From the NCBI GenBank assembly GCA_013166835.1, contig JABLTI010000096.1:1-12245 (forward strand): a stretch of DNA of 12,245 bases, read 5' to 3'. The notes under the pieces are model-generated. The model saw nothing but the letters and a program-made list of their open reading frames with translations. It searched no databases and was not told where the DNA came from. This DNA is from Promethearchaeati archaeon (GTDB taxonomy: Archaea; Asgardarchaeota; Heimdallarchaeia; JABLTI01). Made by a program: the position numbers and the translations under genes. Numbering within the stretch: the stretch's first letter is position 1; each line of letters begins with the position of its first letter. Shown here piece by piece: positions 8,081 through 12,245 of the stretch.

Positions 8081-9112
8081 TTAAAGGGAATGAAGTATTG
8101 ACTGAATTATTTTCACATTCTCTTTAAAATCCCAAGATTCAAATCGATTAGAAAGTTCAAGAAACAAATATTGAATATGTTTCTCAATTAATTGATACTG
8201 ATTTGGCAGATTATTTAGAACAAATTCAACTAGGTTAGGTAAATGTTTTGTTTGAACTAATTCATGGTATAACTGATTAAGATGAGTTCGGTAACTTAGA
8301 TAGAGCGAATATTTATTCAAATTAATGAATTCTTTTGTGCTCTCAGCTCTTACTCCTGAAGTCAACAAAACACTATAGCTAACTTTTTTACGTTTTTCCT
8401 CAATTACAGTTACAGATTGTTCGACAATTTTCCCACAGAAGTCGCCTATTTTATTGTCAAGTATTTCACAGAAAGAAAGGATTTTCTTTTTTTGGTTTTC
8501 ATTTTCTAGTTTATCTTCATTCCTTGGAATAACAACTAATTCATAAGACTGTTTAATTGGAACTAAATAATGGAAATTTTGATCATATTGTTTTCTCATA
8601 TCCTGAAAAAGATGATCCTTAACAGGAACCATTTCATCTGCTTTTGCAACTGAAAAGGAAAAACCACCATCTAGCCAACAAACAGATGTTTCAACATTCC
8701 CGAATTCCTTTTGTATATGTGATTTTGTAAATGCCTCTGCTCCTGCGAAAGCTACAGCTATACCCGCAAAAGCAAGACCGATAGCTAAATCCCCAGCACC
8801 AGAAAAATACGGAGTGTACCCAGAAGACTGACCTCCTCCACCGATATAATTCCTAAGCACTCTTTCATTTAATGCATAATCGATTATTTTCTTTGTGTTT
8901 TTTTGTATTCGCTTTTCTTTCTTACCTTCTTCAGTCTCAGTTGGAAGCATAATCTGATCCTTGTCAATAACCAAACCAATTTCCCAGGCAATAGTTTTGA
9001 TATCCTCTTCAGATAGTTGAGTGATTACTGCAACCCAATTGATTTTAGCCTTTTTTTGTTTTTCAACCAACTCATGAAGTTCTTTCTTCTTTTCATCTGG
9101 TATTTCTGTCAT
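8081..9112 (-). CDS. Hypothetical protein with a central Gly/Ala-rich hydrophobic segment
   Basis: 343-aa ORF, ATG preceded by GGGTGGGTG. No family motif recognised. Confidence 0.8.
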   Translation of the reverse strand: MTEIPDEKKKELHELVEKQKKAKINWVAVITQLSEEDIKTIAWEIGLVIDKDQIMLPTETEEGKKEKRIQKNTKKIIDYALNERVLRNYIGGGGQSSGYTPYFSGAGDLAIGLAFAGIAVAFAGAEAFTKSHIQKEFGNVETSVCWLDGGFSFSVAKADEMVPVKDHLFQDMRKQYDQNFHYLVPIKQSYELVVIPRNEDKLENENQKKKILSFCEILDNKIGDFCGKIVEQSVTVIEEKRKKVSYSVLLTSGVRAESTKEFINLNKYSLYLSYRTHLNQLYHELVQTKHLPNLVEFVLNNLPNQYQLIEKHIQYLFLELSNRFESWDFKENVKIIQSILHSL

Positions 9113-9181
9113 TTAACACCCACCCGAAGAATAATCATGTATACTATCCTTTCAAAACTAATCTATTTTTCGCAAACAAAT

Positions 9182-9266
9182 AAGAAAAAATCAGTTCAAA
9201 CTCGCACTAATTCTCTAGCCCAACTTGAAAAAATGTCAACTGATACTTTTAAAAGTATAAAGAAGA
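9182..9266 (+). repeat. Dispersed intergenic element, copy 3 (right arm of core mostly deleted)
   Basis: AAGAAAAAATCAGTTCAAACTCGCACTAATTCTCTA-GCCCAACTTGA-AAAAAT-GTCAAC-TGATACTTTTAAAAGTATAAAGAAGA. Confidence 0.88.
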
Positions 9267-9311
9267 ATTATTGTTGATTATAATGCAACCACCAAAAAGG
9301 AGGAGCTGTGA

Positions 9312-10175
9312 GTGATTAACAAATTTCAATTTGGTCACACAGAACATGTTAGTTCTCATATAATATTTGGAGGTTATGCATTAAGCAAAGCAACGCAAGT
9401 AGAAGCAGACCAAATTTTAGATTTACTATTAAAATATAGTATAAATCATATCGACACAGCACCTATGTATGGGAATTCTGAAAAATGTATAGGATCATGG
9501 ATGGAAGAACATCGAGACAAATTTTTTCTAGCTACAAAATCACGTAAGAGATCCTATGATGGAGCCTGGAAAGATCTTCAGAATTCATTAAACAGATTGA
9601 GAGTTAACCAAATAGACCTTTGGCAGATGCATAGTTTAACCAATCCACAAGGTTGGGATAAAGCAATAGGTCCAGGTGGTGCTTTAGAAGCGTTTATAGA
9701 GGCACGTGAAAAGGGTTTAGTTCAATATCTAGGTGTAACAGGACACAGTAATAAAACTCCAGCAATGCATTTACGTAGTTTAGAACGTTTTGATTTTGAT
9801 ACAGTTATGTTATCATACAACTACACATTAATGCAAAAACCTCGTTATGTAGCTGATTTTATGAAATTAATTAGTTTGTGTCGTGAACGTAAGGTGGCAA
9901 TCCAAACTATCAAATCCATAGCTAGAAGACCTTGGGATAATCGAATAAAAACTTACAATACATATTTTTATGAACCACTCGAGAGTCAAAAAGCTATTGA
10001 TAAAATGGTACATTGGGCATTAGGTTTACAAAATAGTTTCTTAGTAACAGCAGGTGATATGAAACTTTTACCTAAAATTTTGGATGCAGCTAATCGATTC
10101 AAGAAAAAACCATCAGATGAAGAAATGAATGCTGTTATTGATGATTTTGATATTCAGTGGATATTTGATTATTAG
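9312..10175 (+). CDS. Aldo/keto reductase
   Basis: IDTAPMYG (catalytic D and Y), ATKS (K), IDLWQMH (H) and LGVTGH. RBS AGGAGGAG at 9298-9305 before the GTG start. Confidence 0.95.
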   Translation: MINKFQFGHTEHVSSHIIFGGYALSKATQVEADQILDLLLKYSINHIDTAPMYGNSEKCIGSWMEEHRDKFFLATKSRKRSYDGAWKDLQNSLNRLRVNQIDLWQMHSLTNPQGWDKAIGPGGALEAFIEAREKGLVQYLGVTGHSNKTPAMHLRSLERFDFDTVMLSYNYTLMQKPRYVADFMKLISLCRERKVAIQTIKSIARRPWDNRIKTYNTYFYEPLESQKAIDKMVHWALGLQNSFLVTAGDMKLLPKILDAANRFKKKPSDEEMNAVIDDFDIQWIFDY

Positions 10176-10196
10176 CTTACTCTAAAAGAAATTATT

Positions 10197-10266
10197 AAGA
10201 AAAATCAAATTCCAAACTCACGCTTTCGTTCTTGCCCAACTTGAAAATTACCTGAGGTTATACAAA
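10197..10266 (+). repeat. Dispersed intergenic element, copy 4 (core 10234-10263)
   Basis: AAGAAAAATCAAATTCCAAACTCACGCTTTCGTTCTT-GCCCAACTTGA-AAATTACC-TGAGGTTATAC-AAA. Confidence 0.9.
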
Positions 10267-10297
10267 TAAAACATAAAAAAATAGAAAGAAGTATGAA

Positions 10298-11164
10298 TTA
10301 CTTCCATGGTACATTTTTAACTAATTGTTTAAAAGTATCAAAATCACCTTCCCAGGGATGAAAACAGTGAACAAACCAGTTGACACCAACGGATGAATAC
10401 TCTCTAATCATCTGATCGAAATTATTTTCCTTTTCCCAATAAAAGAAGTTAGTCATAAAAACAACATCAAATGATTTGTTTTGCTGTTGCTGATATTTCT
10501 TAATATAAGTTAAAATATCTTGGTAGTCTTTTGCTTGAAGACCATCCCAAGAGTTAGCTAGTAAGGGGAACACCCCTTGATACTTTGCTGCTCGTCTAAA
10601 GGGCGGTTTATTTGGCCAATTACCACCCACCCAAATTGGTATGGAAGGTTTTTGAATAGGAGTAGGAAGGAATTGGGTTTCTTTAATTTGGTAATGTTTC
10701 CCATCGTAAGCAAACTTCTCACCAGACCACAAACCTTGAATTATGTCCAAACTTTCATCAAGCATTTCACCACGAAGTTTATCATTACTTTCCATGCCAA
10801 AAGCTGCAAATTCATTGACTGGATCACCACCTAAACCCACCCCCAAGATAAATCGTCCATTTGACAAATGATCCAAGGTAGCAGTTTCCCTAGCAACTTG
10901 CCAAGGACTCCTTCTGGATAATGGTGTCACAGTAGTACCAATACGTATCTTCTTTGTTTGACTTGCTATCGCTGCTAAAACAACAAATGGGTCCACAGCA
11001 TTTGCTTCAGGCATATCAGCTGGATAAAGATGATCCCATAAAAAGAATCCATCCCAACCAGCTTTTTCTGTTTCTTTTGCTAGCTCTACAAAATCATCTG
11101 CAATCCACCCTTTACCAAAATTAGCAATATATACACCGTACTTTATCTTAGAACTCAAAAACAA
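10298..11164 (-). CDS. LLM-class (luciferase-like) flavin/F420-dependent oxidoreductase; start possibly TTG 11158
   Basis: GWDGFFLWDH, IRIGTTVTPLSRR, LDHLSNGRFILGVGLG and PIWVGG. RBS GGAGTGA at 11171-11165. Confidence 0.94.
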   Translation of the reverse strand: MFLSSKIKYGVYIANFGKGWIADDFVELAKETEKAGWDGFFLWDHLYPADMPEANAVDPFVVLAAIASQTKKIRIGTTVTPLSRRSPWQVARETATLDHLSNGRFILGVGLGGDPVNEFAAFGMESNDKLRGEMLDESLDIIQGLWSGEKFAYDGKHYQIKETQFLPTPIQKPSIPIWVGGNWPNKPPFRRAAKYQGVFPLLANSWDGLQAKDYQDILTYIKKYQQQQNKSFDVVFMTNFFYWEKENNFDQMIREYSSVGVNWFVHCFHPWEGDFDTFKQLVKNVPWK

Positions 11165-11181
11165 TCACTCCACTAAACAAT

Positions 11182-11196
11182 AACCATTACATGGTT
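11182..11196. promoter_or_regulatory. Palindrome AACCAT-TAC-ATGGTT, candidate operator upstream of the LLM gene
   Basis: Perfect 6-3-6 inverted repeat 18-32 nt upstream of 11164, in a divergent intergenic region. Confidence 0.4.
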
Positions 11197-11344
11197 TTTT
11201 TAATTCTTAGTATAGTTCTGCAGTTAGGCATATTTCATTAACAAAAGTAGAAAATAAATTGTAAATAAAAAAATAAATCTGACTAAACAAGCACAAAAAT
11301 ATCTTTTTTATAGGTAATAGATCATCTATTTTTAGGTGAAATTA

Positions 11345-12245
11345 ATGAGTAAGAAGTTTAAATTTAGTTTTATTATACTATTTTTAATTATTAATTCATT
11401 AATTGTTAATTATAGTTTCTTAAACATTAGTGCAGAAGAAAAAACACCATTATCAAGATTAAGACCGGGATGGGATGTAATGACAATCTACGAACTAGAA
11501 CATCCTCCGGGTTCGAGTTGCACAGGTGAAAGTGGAGATTTCTATTATGTTGATAATCTGAATCATTATTTAATGAAAATGGATGAATTTGGTGTTCATA
11601 CACAATTAGTGAATACAAGTCCATATGATTTCACTGATATTGAGTATCAACCAAACACTAATCGGATTCTGGGAATTACCGATAAAGGATTTTTTGCACT
11701 CACATCAAGTTCATTAACTTTAATCAGTAATTATACTTATGCTGACCCATTAACTGCAATAGCAGTTAATCCGAATGATGATTCTTTTTATTGCGGATCT
11801 TTATCTGATAACACTGATATTCTGAAATTCGATGCAGATGGGAATTATATTTCAACTGAATTATCAAATGTTCAAGGTATAAGTCAATTAGTTCTTAATA
11901 ATAATCAAAGTATATTATACTATACAGAAACCTATCTTGGTTCAATTTCTTATTTAAATTTAACATCAGGTAGTTCTACACTTATTAGAACAGGAATAGG
12001 TTTACCAGGAACAGAGGAAGTTATTGGTATTGGAGTAGATGATTCTGATGTATTGTATAGTATGACTGCGGATGGTAATGAACGAGGATTTTACAAATAT
12101 AGAAATGGCACCTATGTTTTGCTAGTGGAATCCAAAGGTGGTATGAGTTCTTTAACGTGGTTTCCAAAATTGCAATCTTTCATCGCTGGTGGAAGCGCTA
12201 GTGGAGCATTAATTCAATACGATATCTCTGTTGAAAAAGCAAGCT
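11345..12245 (+). CDS. Secreted/surface beta-propeller-like protein (NHL/SMP-30-like), 3'-truncated by the window
   Basis: Manual translation MSKKFKFSFIILFLIINSLIVNYSFLNISAEEK...AIAVNPNDDSFYCG...ILKFDADG...GIGVDDSDVLY... stays open to the window end. Signal peptide present, RBS AGGTGA at 11334-11339. Absent from the ORF track because it has no stop. Confidence 0.85.
   Translation, partial: MSKKFKFSFIILFLIINSLIVNYSFLNISAEEKTPLSRLRPGWDVMTIYELEHPPGSSCTGESGDFYYVDNLNHYLMKMDEFGVHTQLVNTSPYDFTDIEYQPNTNRILGITDKGFFALTSSSLTLISNYTYADPLTAIAVNPNDDSFYCGSLSDNTDILKFDADGNYISTELSNVQGISQLVLNNNQSILYYTETYLGSISYLNLTSGSSTLIRTGIGLPGTEEVIGIGVDDSDVLYSMTADGNERGFYKYRNGTYVLLVESKGGMSSLTWFPKLQSFIAGGSASGALIQYDISVEKAS

Noticed and set aside
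4944-10263. CRISPR array interpretation of the approximately 30-bp repeats
   Set aside because: Copies are 1-3 kb apart, separated by whole genes and divergent in sequence; no cas genes are present.
11178-11229. TAAC...GTTAGGC as a possible attC
   Set aside because: The left end does not fit RYYYAAC or pair with the right end, and there is no extended stem; an isolated 7-mer is expected by chance.
107-11624. Short overlapping ORFs (107-307, 2588-2836, 2851-3051, 2986-3219, 3900-4100, 5362-5580, 7538-7732, 9017-9277, 10577-10834, 11427-11624)
   Set aside because: All are antisense or alternate-frame shadows of better-supported genes and have no recognisable motifs; 9017-9277 also runs through the non-coding repeat.

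Overview
AT-rich prokaryotic window with 12 probable CDSs on both strands, mostly single-gene units. In order: a DAG-kinase-family (YegS/BmrU) lipid kinase, a small Zn-ribbon protein, a P-loop kinase-like protein, a small membrane protein, a Zn-dependent alcohol dehydrogenase, a membrane-anchored LVIVD-repeat surface protein, a winged-HTH regulator divergent from an S9 peptidase, an unknown 343-aa protein, an aldo/keto reductase, an LLM-class oxidoreductase, and a secreted beta-propeller-like protein that runs off the right edge and is missing from the ORF track. GGTGA-type RBSs, TATA-like boxes about 25 nt before starts, frequent TTG/GTG starts and oligo-T terminators suggest an archaeon, possibly Asgard (inference only). 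The main unexplained structure is an intergenic element of about 55-90 bp. It is present in four same-orientation copies plus one degenerate copy between 4.9 and 10.3 kb. Its core is a 30-31 bp imperfect palindrome (RYCCAACTTGA-N8/9-TGAGGTTAKWC) whose ends resemble integron RYYYAAC/GTTRRRY boxes, and the copies separate self-contained gene modules. This could be a recombinase-driven cassette array, a MITE/REP-like family or a structured RNA. No recombinase, transposase, rRNA, tRNA or CRISPR array is visible.
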